Shown here: piece by piece, positions 39,773 through 50,680 of the stretch
Position numbering within the stretch: position 1 is the stretch's first letter
Layout of the letters: each line of letters opens with the position of its first letter
NCBI GenBank assembly: GCA_037445065.1
Contig: JBBILD010000006.1
Span: 128,001 to 192,000, forward strand
Direction of reading: 5' to 3'
DNA from: Myxococcales bacterium
GTDB lineage: Bacteria > Desulfobacterota > Binatia > HRBIN30
DNA length: 64,000 nt
Notes under the pieces: generated by a model
Databases searched by the model: none
What the model saw: only the letters and a program-made list of their open reading frames with translations
What the model was told of the DNA's origin: nothing
Made by a program: the position numbers and the translations under genes

Positions 39773-42121
39773 ATGGAGCGGTACATTCGTTTCATTGTGG
39801 CTCAGCGGCGTTGGGTCATTGCGGGGACGGTGCTGGTGACGGTTGCTGCCATTGCCCAGTTCCGTCACCTCCACCTCGAGATCCGCCGGCGAGCCAATCT
39901 TCCTGACCACCACCCGTACGTACAGGTGCAAAACAAGATCACTGATATCTTCGGGGGCGAAGGGGTGGTGATCATCGGCGCTGCTGCTACCCGGGGCACA
40001 ATTTACACGCCAGAGTTTCTGGGCAAAGTTTTTCGGGTTTGCGATCGGCTGGCGCGGACTGAAGGCGTAATTCCGACGAACCTGTTTTGCATGGGTGCCC
40101 CGGTGGTGAAAACGATTCAGTCCACCGGCGACGACATGGAAGTGCGCCCCCTGATGGAGCGTGCCCCTGGCAACCAGGCCGAGGTAGACGAGGTACGCCG
40201 CCGCATCGAGGCCGATCCTCTCTTGCGGGAGAATCTGGTGTCCAAGGACGGTACCGCCACCGTGCTGGTGGTGGAGTTCGACGACAAACTCAACGAACAA
40301 CAAATCTTCGCCAAAGTCCAAGAAATCGTGGCCCCTGAACGGGATGACACTGTTCGCTTCGCGCTTGCTGGGGCGCCAGTGCTGCGCGCGTGGCTTGCTA
40401 AGTACACGCGCTTGATTGGCGTTCTCTTGCCAGCGGCAGTGGTGGTGATCGGGCTTGTCCATTTCGAAGCGTTCCGCACGCTCCAGGGCATGATCCTGCC
40501 CTTGGTCACCGCCATTTTGAGCGTGGTGTGGGCGCTCGGGATCATGGGGCTGAGCGGGCAACCCATGGACACCTGGAGCGCCATGACTCCGGTAGTCATC
40601 CTGGCCGTGGCAGCGGGGCACGCGGTGCAAATCCTCAAACGATATTACGAGGAGTTTGCCATTGTGCGGGATAGCCACGAGGCGATTGTCCGCTCGATCG
40701 TGGCAGTGGGTCCCGTGATGATGGTGGCTAGCGTGATCGCCGCCGCGGGCTTTGCCTCCCTCACGACGTTCGGGATCACCAGCGTGCGGGTTTTTGGCCT
40801 GCTTATGGCGAGCGGCATTCTCAGCGCCTTGGTGATCGAGCTGACCTTCACCCCAGCGTGCCGCGCCATGCTGCCGGCCCCAAAGCTCAGAGAAACGGCG
40901 AGAGAACAGTCGCACGGTTGGCTGGATCGTTTGCTTGAAGCTCTAGCCCGCCTGGTGTCGCAGCGGCCGCGGGCGGTACTGGGCACGGCGGCCGTGGTGT
41001 TCCTCGTTGCCCTGCTCGGGACCACGCGGATCCGAGTGGACAACAGCTTCCGCTACTGGTTTGCGCCCTCGACCCAAGTACGGCTCGACGACGCCTTTCT
41101 CAACGAGAAGTTGCCAGGCACGGCTTCGCTGCGCATTCTGATCGAAGGTAAGGAAGAGAACGTCCTGCAGCGTCCCGACGTGCTGCGAGCCATGGACGAT
41201 CTGGAAGCCTTTTTGGCAGCCGACCCGCACCTGGGCGCAATTAATTCGATCGTAGGGCGCGTCAAGCGCATGCATCAAGCGATGCATGGCGATGACCTGG
41301 CTGCGTACACAATCCCGGACAATCCGCGCCTCATCAGCCAGTACCTGCTGCTCTACAGCATGTCCGCCGGCCCGGACAGCTTGAGCGCCTTTGTGGATGC
41401 GAATTACCAGCGGGCAGTGATTCGCGCCTTGAGCAAAACCGACACAGCCGCTTACTCGCGCGAATTGATTGCCAGGTTGCGCGCTTTTGTCGAGCAACGC
41501 TTCCGTGGCCTTCCAGTCGAGGTGGGTTTGGTGGGCGGTACGCTCGGCGTGCAGACGGCGATGAACGACGTGGTTGTGCACGACAAGATCGTCAATATGA
41601 TCCAGATCGCGGTCATCATTTTTGTCCTGGCCAGTGTCGTACTTCGCTCGCTGGTGGGTGGCGCAATCGTGTTGCTCCCGCTCACCCTCGCGGTGACCTT
41701 CAACCTGGGTCTGATGGGATGGTCGCAGATCTGGCTCGACATGACCACCGCGGCCATCACCGCCATGGGCGTGAGCATTGGAGCAGACTTCGCCATCTAC
41801 CTCATTTTCCGCATTCGCGAGGAGATGCGCCGGCGCGGGGATTTTCAGGAGGCGGTTCGCGCGGCTCTGCGCACCTCGGGTAAGGCGATTTTCTTCGTGT
41901 CGTCGGCTGTGGCCTTGGGATACATGGTGCTGCCGCTTTCTGGCTTCAGCCTGTGGATTCGCTTGGGGGCACTCACGGCGCTGATCGTATCGGTGAGCGC
42001 GCTGGCCGCGGTCACGATCCTTCCCGCCATCGCGTTGCTCGGTCGACCGCGGTTTCTCGTGGCCCGGGGTGGCGGGGAGGCGGTGGTGACGGAGCCGAAA
42101 CAGATCGCCGTCCCCAGTTGA
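39773..42121 (+). CDS. MMPL/RND-family transporter
   Basis: Two halves, each TM + periplasmic domain + 5 TM; GVSIGADFAIY; GKAIFF. Confidence 0.88.
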   Translation: MERYIRFIVAQRRWVIAGTVLVTVAAIAQFRHLHLEIRRRANLPDHHPYVQVQNKITDIFGGEGVVIIGAAATRGTIYTPEFLGKVFRVCDRLARTEGVIPTNLFCMGAPVVKTIQSTGDDMEVRPLMERAPGNQAEVDEVRRRIEADPLLRENLVSKDGTATVLVVEFDDKLNEQQIFAKVQEIVAPERDDTVRFALAGAPVLRAWLAKYTRLIGVLLPAAVVVIGLVHFEAFRTLQGMILPLVTAILSVVWALGIMGLSGQPMDTWSAMTPVVILAVAAGHAVQILKRYYEEFAIVRDSHEAIVRSIVAVGPVMMVASVIAAAGFASLTTFGITSVRVFGLLMASGILSALVIELTFTPACRAMLPAPKLRETAREQSHGWLDRLLEALARLVSQRPRAVLGTAAVVFLVALLGTTRIRVDNSFRYWFAPSTQVRLDDAFLNEKLPGTASLRILIEGKEENVLQRPDVLRAMDDLEAFLAADPHLGAINSIVGRVKRMHQAMHGDDLAAYTIPDNPRLISQYLLLYSMSAGPDSLSAFVDANYQRAVIRALSKTDTAAYSRELIARLRAFVEQRFRGLPVEVGLVGGTLGVQTAMNDVVVHDKIVNMIQIAVIIFVLASVVLRSLVGGAIVLLPLTLAVTFNLGLMGWSQIWLDMTTAAITAMGVSIGADFAIYLIFRIREEMRRRGDFQEAVRAALRTSGKAIFFVSSAVALGYMVLPLSGFSLWIRLGALTALIVSVSALAAVTILPAIALLGRPRFLVARGGGEAVVTEPKQIAVPS

Positions 42122-42234
42122 GTCGTTGGCTTCTACATGGGCTTGTGCCCAATGGGTGCCAGGAACGGTACCCGTTTGCGCTGTTTGCCTCAGGCTCCGC
42201 GGCTTGACTCACTGCTGCCAGCGCGGAACGATGC

Positions 42235-43206
42235 GTGACACGCGTCAGCTTGGAGGTAGCGATGCAAGAGCAGGCACACCACGACTATTTGCACCCGAAC
42301 ACGGGCGAGCCGAACTTCAATGAGAGCATGTACTTCAACTTTTACGACCGCCGCTCACGGTGGGGAGGCTTCGCCCGGATTGGCAATCGTCCCAACGAAG
42401 GATACGCCGAGGTGACCCTTGCCCTGTACCGCCCGGATGGAACGGCACTATTCAACTACAAGCGCCCGGAGATCGCCGACAACCGTGCCCTTGCTGCTGG
42501 AGGCATGGAGTTTTCCATTCTCGAGCCTGGACGCCACTTGCGCGTGCGGTATCGAGGGAATGCAGTCTACCTGGCGCAACCGCGAGAGCTCGAGGACCCT
42601 CGTCGGGCTTTCACCGTGAATCCATATCGTTCTGTGGAACTCGACCTCGATTTTTACGGCCTGAGCCCCATGTACGGAGGTGAAACTGAGGCACAAAGCG
42701 AGGCTCTGGTCTTCGCGCGCGGCCACACCGAGCAGCACGTTCGCGCCAGCGGTACTCTCACCGTAGAGGGCGAAACCGTGCCGATTTCTGGGCTCGGCCT
42801 GCGGGATCATTCCTGGGGACCGCGTTCTTGGCAGTCTCCCGCGTTTTACCGCTGGCTCACATGCCAATTCGACGAGTCCTTCGGCTTCATGGGTTCCCAC
42901 ATCCACTTACAAAACGGCGCCGATCTTATGTCCGGGTTTGTGTACCGGGAAGGGAAGAACGACTTGGTCCATGCCCTTCGCATCGACACGGAGTGGGAAG
43001 AAGGTGCTCCCTACCAGAAAGCTTTGAGGGTGGAACTGCATACCGGGAGCGGCAAACTGCAGGTGAGTGGCGAGGTGTTGAGCATGTTGCCCCTGCGCAA
43101 TCGGCGCGAAGGGAAAGTGACGAGAATCGCCGAGGGACTCACGCGGTGGCGTTGCGGATCGCAAGAAGGCTACGGCTGGGCCGAGTACCTGGACCAGATA
43201 GGCTAG
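42235..43206 (+). CDS. Conserved hypothetical protein (possibly AttH/tocopherol-cyclase-like beta fold)
   Basis: FNESMYFNF, RIGNRPNEG, GHTEQ, GLRDHSWGPR.W, GYG..EY motifs. Confidence 0.6.
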   Translation: MTRVSLEVAMQEQAHHDYLHPNTGEPNFNESMYFNFYDRRSRWGGFARIGNRPNEGYAEVTLALYRPDGTALFNYKRPEIADNRALAAGGMEFSILEPGRHLRVRYRGNAVYLAQPRELEDPRRAFTVNPYRSVELDLDFYGLSPMYGGETEAQSEALVFARGHTEQHVRASGTLTVEGETVPISGLGLRDHSWGPRSWQSPAFYRWLTCQFDESFGFMGSHIHLQNGADLMSGFVYREGKNDLVHALRIDTEWEEGAPYQKALRVELHTGSGKLQVSGEVLSMLPLRNRREGKVTRIAEGLTRWRCGSQEGYGWAEYLDQIG

Positions 43207-43310
43207 CCTTCGCTCCGCGGAGCCGAACCCCTTTCTCCCGACCAAGAGGCGCGCTACGTTTGAGGCGCGTGTCTGCTTCGTTGATCGAGGCAAATGGTTC
43301 TTTGAGTTGT

Positions 43311-43656
43311 GGGGGCGATCTGGTTTCGACGGAGGTGAGAAGGTACGTGGTTGCGTGCCCGGGAGCCTGGGTACCGGTGAACAACCCCAGGGCTGCATAA
43401 ACGCAGACGAACCGCTTGCTCTGGCTGCCTAAAGCGCAGTCACGTCTCCCCGACTCGAGCCCGTAGGGTCGGGTGAGGCGTCGCAAATCGGGCTAAGCGG
43501 TGGTGGCTGCTCGGACACCACCGACGAAAACGTACGAGCTGGCACTTGGATTCCCCGCCCGTGGGGCCGCCAAGTGCGAGAATCAAACGCGTGGCTACGC
43601 ACGTAGAGACCACGGCTGACTGCCTCCGGACGGGGGTTCGATTCCCCCCGCCTCCA
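43311..43656 (+). ncRNA. ssrA: tmRNA; tag (A)ADEPLALAA
   Basis: 5' GGGGGCGATCTGGTTTCGAC; 3' T-arm GGGGGTTCGATTCCCCC; acceptor stem GGGGGCG/CGCCTCC with G3-U; tag ORF GCA43403..TAA43432. CCA not encoded. Confidence 0.96.
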
Positions 43657-43665
43657 CTTTCTTCA

Positions 43666-43716
43666 CGGCCGCCCGCGATTGCCGTTCCACTTGCGCAGCG
43701 GGCGGCCGCTGTTTTT
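43666..43716 (+). terminator. Terminator after ssrA
   Basis: 11-bp stem CGGCCGCCCGC/GCGGGCGGCCG followed by CTGTTTTT. Confidence 0.65.
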
Positions 43717-43825
43717 CGAGGACTTCGGGAAACCGCTTCTCTGGACGGGCGGCGCGGAAACATGTGGTCTGGACGCGACCGCGGCGGCCATGTGGACGCT
43801 GTGACAGTAGAGGGCGCAGCTCAGC

Positions 43826-44689
43826 TTACTGTGTCGCAGCGACTTGGCTCACGGTCTTCGCTAGGTCCGCTCGGGCTGCCTCCATTCCTTGACGGAGTGC
43901 CGCGAAGTGCCAGGCAAAGAAGGAATAGGGGTCCACGCCTGGTTCTTGCAGGACGGGCACCGAAAAGCGCGTACCGTTGTGGGTAGAGGCAACCAACTCC
44001 TCGTCGGTCGTCCTGGCGATGCGCAAGATCGTGTTGTCCAAGTCGTACTGCCAGAGGGTCTGGTCCGACTGGCGGTCCCGCAATGTCAGCGTTGCCTTGA
44101 CGACGGCCCCGGTTGTGCCGCAGTAAACAGGGTTCATGAAGGCGTGCAGCGCGTACACGGCCGGGCCCAGCATATACGTGGTCCGCGTCATGAACAGGGT
44201 GGAATCGTGCAGCACTCCGGTCAGCTCGTACCGAATGTGGTCGAGGGCAGGTGCTTCGTCTTCGAACAACACGAAATCCGCAATGCCGCTAGCGCGCAGG
44301 TCTTTCGCCACGGCCCGCGCCAGGCTGCGCGCCAGAGTGTAGCCCGTACTGGCGGCGGTGCTCTCAGCGGAAGCGGTTGCGCCCAAGGTTCTGTCTGCCT
44401 GTTGGCGGGCTTGCATCTCGCTCAGGATTTCATCCAGCCGTTCGTACTTGGCCGAGGCTACGGGCAAAAGCGGAATCCAAGTCACGGCATGGAAAAAGCG
44501 ACTCACCTCGCTTTTGCGAGGCGGTCGCTGGTCCACCCAGGCCCACACCACAAGCCCGCCCCGGAGCAGTGGCTCCGTCGCCACTGGTGGCGGGGGGACA
44601 TAGCCTGTACCCAAATTGCCCGTACTCGCGCACCCGAGTAGCCCAGCGACACCCAAACTAACGAGCCCGAAACGCTTGCGTCGCCTCAT
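43826..44689 (-). CDS. Hypothetical lipoprotein
   Basis: AAGGAGG RBS; MRRRKRFGLVSLGVAGLLG-C lipobox. Confidence 0.7.
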   Translation of the reverse strand: MRRRKRFGLVSLGVAGLLGCASTGNLGTGYVPPPPVATEPLLRGGLVVWAWVDQRPPRKSEVSRFFHAVTWIPLLPVASAKYERLDEILSEMQARQQADRTLGATASAESTAASTGYTLARSLARAVAKDLRASGIADFVLFEDEAPALDHIRYELTGVLHDSTLFMTRTTYMLGPAVYALHAFMNPVYCGTTGAVVKATLTLRDRQSDQTLWQYDLDNTILRIARTTDEELVASTHNGTRFSVPVLQEPGVDPYSFFAWHFAALRQGMEAARADLAKTVSQVAATQ

Positions 44690-45571
44690 CGGAACCCCTC
44701 CTTTCTTTTTGAAAAGAACGGCTTTGCTCTTCGACAACGTAGCCGTTTGGGATGCGGTGGCAGCCAGGAATACAGAGCTCGGAATTCTGCCCTTATTTGC
44801 TGTGACAGCAATTCATGGTAAGTTTGGATTCCAGATCGGGGCATTGATTGCAAGAAGTCGGAAGAAAAAATTTTCTATCGAACTGTCGGGCGGGCCCCCA
44901 AGGACGCACCAGAGAGTCGCGAGTGTTTCTGATGGTGCGCCCGCAGCATTTCGAGCAGCAGCCGGCCCGAGTCTGCGCCTCTCAAGATCGGAAGAGCGAG
45001 GCAAGGCTGAGGAAAAGACCGAAGGGATCTCCCAGAGCGCGCTTTGAGGCGAGACCATCGGTAGTGAGCGGATGAGCTTTGTGCTCGGGCCAGGCTTGCT
45101 AGGGCCGCGACCGCCGAGCACGGAGTGGCGCGCCGCGTTTGTCCTGCTCTTCAACTTGGCTCGCTGCTGGGTGCTTTAGCAGAGCGAAACCTCCACGAAG
45201 TAGCGACCGCTTCTGTGGCGAAATGTTGTCTGCTGATTTGGGAGCGCATCCGTTTGGGATCTTCGGAAAGTTCCCGCCCTGATCCAGCGCGGGCCTTGGC
45301 GCCGTGCGTTCCAGAATGGTGGTCAGACCGGCGAGACGCTGGGCACCCGCATGTTAAGGCGGCGCTTGTCCGTGTGACTTCGAGCCCCGCCGCTACTGGT
45401 CCTCGATCAGCCACTGCCTTGGCAGCGTAGCCTGGTCCCGTGCCGCCAATCGCTCCGTGTACCGTAAAAAAACTTTCTCGATTCGTTGACCTCGTTTGCC
45501 GGGATCGGGTAGGGCGCCAAAGCAGTAGCCCGGGAGGGTCGAATCATGCTTGACCGTGCTGTGCTTTTGGC

Positions 45572-48323
45572 ATGCCCGGCCGGGGTGGTTCGCGCCTTGT
45601 GGCCTCCGCACGCTTCGTTCTGCCTGGGAGCGCACTGGCAGCGTTGGCCGCCCTCGGCTTCCGGGGCGACAACGGCGGGGAGCGGCAGGCGGCGTGGCGA
45701 GCGGCGGATTTCGTGGCCTTCAGAACGGTGGAGGCCACGCGCGCTGGGACGGGTGCGAAGTCTCCCGTCCCCGCTCTGTTCGAAGCAGGCCGTGTACAGG
45801 CTGCGCCGCGGCAGGGACCTTCGGCATTGCCGCCGTTGGTGCAGGCGGCGGTGTCCAGAGCAGTAGGTAAGGATCGCGCCCAATTTCATGCGCGCCAGGA
45901 GTTGCAGAGCGACGCGATTCGCTTCGCGCAGCCCGGGCGAGGTCTCGAGGCAGAACTGCGCCCAGAGCACGGGCTGACGGTAAGGAGCGTGTCTGGCCAC
46001 CAATGGGGCCTGGAACTGACGCGTTGGGGCTGTGGGAAAGATTTGCGCTCTGCCGGGCCGGTAACCGAGCAGCACCTGCTGGCAAACGAAGTCACGTGGG
46101 TCCGGAACGGAGGCGGCCTCCGCGAGTGGTATGTGCATGGGCCGTTCGGGATTCAGCAGGGCTTCACGGTCGTGAGCGCGGGTGAGTCTTGTAGGCGCGA
46201 GGCGGCGGATGAGCTGGTACTCGAACTCCAGGTGCGTGGCAGCGTGATCGGCGAACCCGAGCAAGATTGGCGGAGCGTGCTCTGGCGCGACGCAAGGACG
46301 CAAGAGCCCGTCGTCCGCTATTCGGGTCTCATTGCATACGATGCGAACCACCGAGCGCTGCCGGCACGCATGGAGTTGGGGCGGGACACGTTGGAGCTGC
46401 GGGTGGCGCTGGCGGGGGCGGAGTATCCAGTAGTGGTGGATCCGTTCGTGCAGGAGGCCAAGCTTACCGCAGCAGGCACTGCAGGCTTGGCCTTGTTCGG
46501 AGCGTCAGTGGCAATTGACGGAGACACGATCGTTGTCGGGGCGCCGGGCGTGGACTTTGATGTCGGGGCTGCGTACGTGTTCGAAAAACCAGCCTCTGGT
46601 TGGAACATCACGTCTACCTACTCGGCCAAGCTCACTCCCACGTTCGACGACACGTTTTTGCCTGAAGGGTTCGGTTACGCCGTCGCCATCTCCGGCAATA
46701 CGATCGTCGTGGGGGCTCCGTTTTCCACGGTGCACGAGGCGCTCATGATGAAAGAGGCGATCGGCTTGGCGTATGTATACGTGAAACCGGATACGGGCTG
46801 GGCCGACATGACCGAAACGGCCCGGCTCCGGCCAAGCGATGCCGGCTCGGTCGAGGACTTCTTCGGCTACTCGGTCGCCATCGAAGGCGACACAATCGTC
46901 GTGGGCGCTCCATCTCACACGCCGCCCCCCCGGGGGCGAGGCGTTGCAGTTCAATGGATCCACATACGTCTTCGTGAAGCCCGAATCGGGTTGGTCCAAC
47001 ATGACTGAGACTGCCAAGCTCGAAGCAGAAGGAAAGTGGTTGGGTGCCTCGGTGGGCATCAGCGGTGACGTTGTTGTGGTGGGTGCCCCACTCCATGATC
47101 TTGAAGAAAGAGTGAATGCGGGCGCCGCGTACGTGTTTGCACGGCCCGCCGGCGGGTGGACTGGACATGTGCCGCCAGTTGCGAAGCTTACCGCCTCCGA
47201 CGGGGAAGCGGGGGATCAACTGGGGCACAGCGCGGCCATCGATGGCGATACCATCGTCGTCGGCACCTTGTTCGACGACGTTGATGGAAGTGCGGACTAA
47301 GGTTCCGTTTATGTGTTTGCCCGCCCGAGCGGTGGCTGGCAGGACACGACGGAAACAGCCAGGCTGACGACCTCGGACGGGGCAGCCGAAGATTGGTTCG
47401 GGCTTGGCTTGGCGATCGAGCACGATACGATCGTTGCGGGAGCGCAGCAACACGACGTTGATAGTGCTTCGAATCAAGGCGCTGCTTACGTGTTCCTCAG
47501 GCCCTCGGGTGGCTGGGCAACGGCGACAGAGGACGGCAAGCCGTTGGCGTCGGATGGGCAAGCTGACGCCAACTTTGGTGTGTCCATCGGTTTATCGGGC
47601 GGGGTGCTAGTGGCGGGTGCGCTCTTTCACGACCAGAACGGGAACGTAGATCAGGGCTCCGCCTATGTTTTCGCCCGGGAGTTGGAGCCCCCTTCTCCAA
47701 CGCCGACCTCGAGTGCGACCCCAACCCCAACCCGGACCCCGACGCCGACCCTGACCCCGACGCTGACCCCGAGCGGCGCTTGCCCAGCGCTGCCGCGGCT
47801 CGACTGCGATCTACCAGCGCGAGCGTCTTTGTGGCTCCGCGACTCTCTCCTCGATCGCGGCGACCGGTTCGCTCTCCGCTTGTTGCGCAGTGCCCCGAAG
47901 CGCAAGCGGGCTGAGTTAGGCGACCCGACCGAAAGCGCGACGTACTCGGTCTGCATGTGGCAAGGTACGGAACCGATGGCACAAATGCGAGCGTGGGATC
48001 GGAGGAAGTGGACCTCCGGGCCGCGCGGTTATCGGTACATTGATCGCTCGGCATTGAGTGACGGACTCGTCCTGCTCGGTTTGCGGACTGGCGGCGATAG
48101 GTCGGCCAGAAGGACGCGCGTGATCGCCTTCGGCAGGGGGGTAGCCTTGCCGGAAGTGGCACTTCCCCTGAGCCTGCCGGTGCAGCTCACGGTTCAAGTG
48201 GTGGAGTCAGAGAGTGGCGTCTGCTTTGGCCAAACGTTTACCGATGCTCAGGTGATTGAAAACCGTGAGGATCCCACCGGGCGAACACGGGTGTTTCGAG
48301 CCGAACGGCCCAAGGCGCCGTAA
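45572..48323 (+). pseudogene. FG-GAP (integrin-like) repeat surface protein disrupted by a +1 frameshift (C7 at 46925-46931) and an in-frame TAA (47298-47300)
   Basis: YPVVVDP, then repeats FG.SVAI.GDTIVVGAP..G.AYVF.KP..GW....A.L continue across three ORFs; PT linker and C-terminal domain. Confidence 0.85.
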
Positions 48324-48344
48324 CGGCAGGGTACGGCCTGACGC

Positions 48345-49436
48345 TTATCGCGCCGCGTACGTTGTAAGCGGCGTCAACATCAAGGCCAGCGCGGCGCCGA
48401 CCGGGAACGTGGCGAACCAGGCCAGCAACACCTCCGAGAACGTGCGCACATGGAGCCGCTCTTGAGAACCGCCGGCGCCGGCGATCGCGGCAACGGCGAC
48501 GTGGGTCGCCGACACGGGCAGGCTCATAGCGCTGGCGGCAATGACGAGGGCGCTTGTCACTGCGTTGGCTGCAAAGCCGGTACGCGAATCGAGCGGAGCA
48601 ATCCGGTAACTCATCGTCGAGGCAACGCGGCCTCCCCAAAACAAGCTGCCAGAGGCCATTGCCAGCCCCACCGCAGCGATGGCGGGTGCACTGGGTAGCG
48701 AGTGGGAGGCGTAAAGGACTCCTAGGACCTTGGGCAGATCGTTGGCGGCACGTGCAAAGCATACGGCCAGTGCGGACAAGAGGTGCAGGCCGTTCAGATG
48801 CTGCGTGATCGAAACCTGCGCAACCGGGTAATGCCGCTCGCAAGTACCGGCGCTAGCGGCCAAGACTAGTGGCGGCACCCACCGTTGTACGAGCACACCG
48901 CGGAATGGCTGGGCTTCGAGCGTGGGTGCCACAACGCAGAGGCAAGCCCGACTGAGATGTGCTCTGCTGAGAAGTTTGCTGAGGAGAACCCCGAGCCCTG
49001 CAGCAAGGAGGGGTGAGAGCAGCATGGGCGCGAGAAAGATACCGCCCAAAACACCAGCATTGAACGATTGGTGGTGTGCGAGCGCGGTGCCGACCAGGCT
49101 GCCCAGCAGGGCGTGGGTCGTGGAAACGGGGAGGCCGAGACAGGTGGCGAGCCCCACCGCGCCAGCACCTGCGAGCACGACGCTCAGGCGGAAACTGTCC
49201 GTGGCGAGCACATCAGCCGGGACCAGTCCGCTGCCCGCGAAACGCTCGGCAAGCTGCTTTCCCAAAGCAATGGCGCTCAGTGCCCCGGCAAAGGTCGCGA
49301 GCGTGGCCAGAGTTTTCGCATGCCGATAGCGAAACACCTGCGCCCCCACCGCGGTTGCGAAGCCTTTGAAGTTATCATTCGCGCCGTTTGCGAAGCCCAG
49401 AAGGAGAACAGCGCTGAAAAGCGACAGGTCCGTCAT
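48345..49436 (-). CDS. PiT-family inorganic phosphate/anion transporter
   Basis: GANDNFKG, GLPVSTTHAL.GSLVG, ANDLPK, LPVSATHV. Confidence 0.88.
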   Translation of the reverse strand: MTDLSLFSAVLLLGFANGANDNFKGFATAVGAQVFRYRHAKTLATLATFAGALSAIALGKQLAERFAGSGLVPADVLATDSFRLSVVLAGAGAVGLATCLGLPVSTTHALLGSLVGTALAHHQSFNAGVLGGIFLAPMLLSPLLAAGLGVLLSKLLSRAHLSRACLCVVAPTLEAQPFRGVLVQRWVPPLVLAASAGTCERHYPVAQVSITQHLNGLHLLSALAVCFARAANDLPKVLGVLYASHSLPSAPAIAAVGLAMASGSLFWGGRVASTMSYRIAPLDSRTGFAANAVTSALVIAASAMSLPVSATHVAVAAIAGAGGSQERLHVRTFSEVLLAWFATFPVGAALALMLTPLTTYAAR

Positions 49437-49567
49437 CGTAGCGACGAGGATCGGATTGGGCGTTGGGTGATCAAAGGGAGCCGGGGCCCTTACGTGCGCC
49501 TGCGCTGCCTCGGAGAGCGCTTCTCCAGTGCGGCGGTAGCTCCCTTTGTAGAGGCTGGTCCATCGAA

Positions 49568-50605
49568 TCAGCAACAACCGTTTTTTGTGTCGTTCACCGG
49601 GGCCTCGAACGGGGCGCTTGCGCCGCATCCGGGGAAGATTCCGTAATGGCGTGAAAAGTCGCCGATGAATTCAAAGTGAGGCGCAAAACGGGTCTGGCGC
49701 AGCATCCGCCAGGTGTTCCCGCAAACTGGAAAGACCCGGCCGGCGTCCATTTCGTGACGTTTGTCCAAGCGGAACCGGTGTGGAAACCACGGGATGGTTC
49801 CACGATAGATCACCGCCTGCCCGTAGTCCTCGCAAGCGTCTTCCAGTCCTTCGAGCCGAAACATGCGATAGGTAGCCGAGTAAAAGCGCACAGCGCCAAC
49901 GCGCGCGGCAAGTTTGGGGTCCGTGAGTTCGATCGGGCGATCTTCCACTAAGCGGGGATCGGTGAACCCAGTGCATCGCACCAGACGGAGAAAATCGTTC
50001 CAGTAGAGTGCCCCTCCTAGGCATTCCGCGTAAAGCACGGGGTCATTTTGGACCTCGAGTGGCACGCGCCGGTCGGCGTAAACATCGGAAAAGTAGAATT
50101 CGCCTCCGAACTTGAGCAAGCGGTACACCCCGGCGAGCACTGCCGCCTTGTCGGCGGAGAGATTCACCACGCAGTTCGAGACGACGACGTCGAAGCTCGC
50201 TGGTTCCAAATCGAGTTCTTCCAAGCGTTCGATGTACCCGCGCAGAAAACGCACGTTGGAGAACCCAAAGCGCTCGGCGTGCCATCGCCGGTACCGCTCC
50301 GCGACCGCAAGCTGCTCCTCCGTCATATCCACCCCGACGACTTCACCGCTCGGCCCTACGAGTTGCGCGAGCAGGTACACGTCTCTTCCAGCGCCGCAGC
50401 CCAGATCGAGAACGCGGCAGCCGCTGAGCAGTGGCGGGCAGCTGAGGCCGCAACCGTAGTACCGCTTCGCGACCTCCGGGTGAATGTTGGCGAGAAGTGC
50501 TTTTAGCCACGGTGGCGTGGCGACCGGGTCGCAACACGCCGTCGTCTTCAAGTCCGCGGACTGCTGCAGGGTTTTGCCGTAATATTCCTGAACGAGTTCA
50601 TGCAT
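49568..50605 (-). CDS. arsM: Arsenite methyltransferase-like SAM methyltransferase
   Basis: YYG..L..SADLKT.ACC, YYGCG, LDLGCGAGRD, GVDMT, SNCVVNL, ECLGGALYW, C-terminal CC. Confidence 0.82.
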   Translation of the reverse strand: MHELVQEYYGKTLQQSADLKTTACCDPVATPPWLKALLANIHPEVAKRYYGCGLSCPPLLSGCRVLDLGCGAGRDVYLLAQLVGPSGEVVGVDMTEEQLAVAERYRRWHAERFGFSNVRFLRGYIERLEELDLEPASFDVVVSNCVVNLSADKAAVLAGVYRLLKFGGEFYFSDVYADRRVPLEVQNDPVLYAECLGGALYWNDFLRLVRCTGFTDPRLVEDRPIELTDPKLAARVGAVRFYSATYRMFRLEGLEDACEDYGQAVIYRGTIPWFPHRFRLDKRHEMDAGRVFPVCGNTWRMLRQTRFAPHFEFIGDFSRHYGIFPGCGASAPFEAPVNDTKNGCC

Positions 50606-50654
50606 GCGGGTTCGCCTCCCTGAATGATGTTCTGTGGGATTCGTTGCGCGTTTG

Positions 50655-50680
50655 GTCGCACCAAGTCCTCGCCTCGTTAC
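50655..50680 (-). promoter_or_regulatory. Putative ECF sigma promoter (arsM-pit unit)
   Basis: GTAACG-N16-CGAC(CAA) on the minus strand, 50 bp upstream of ATG50605. Confidence 0.65.
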
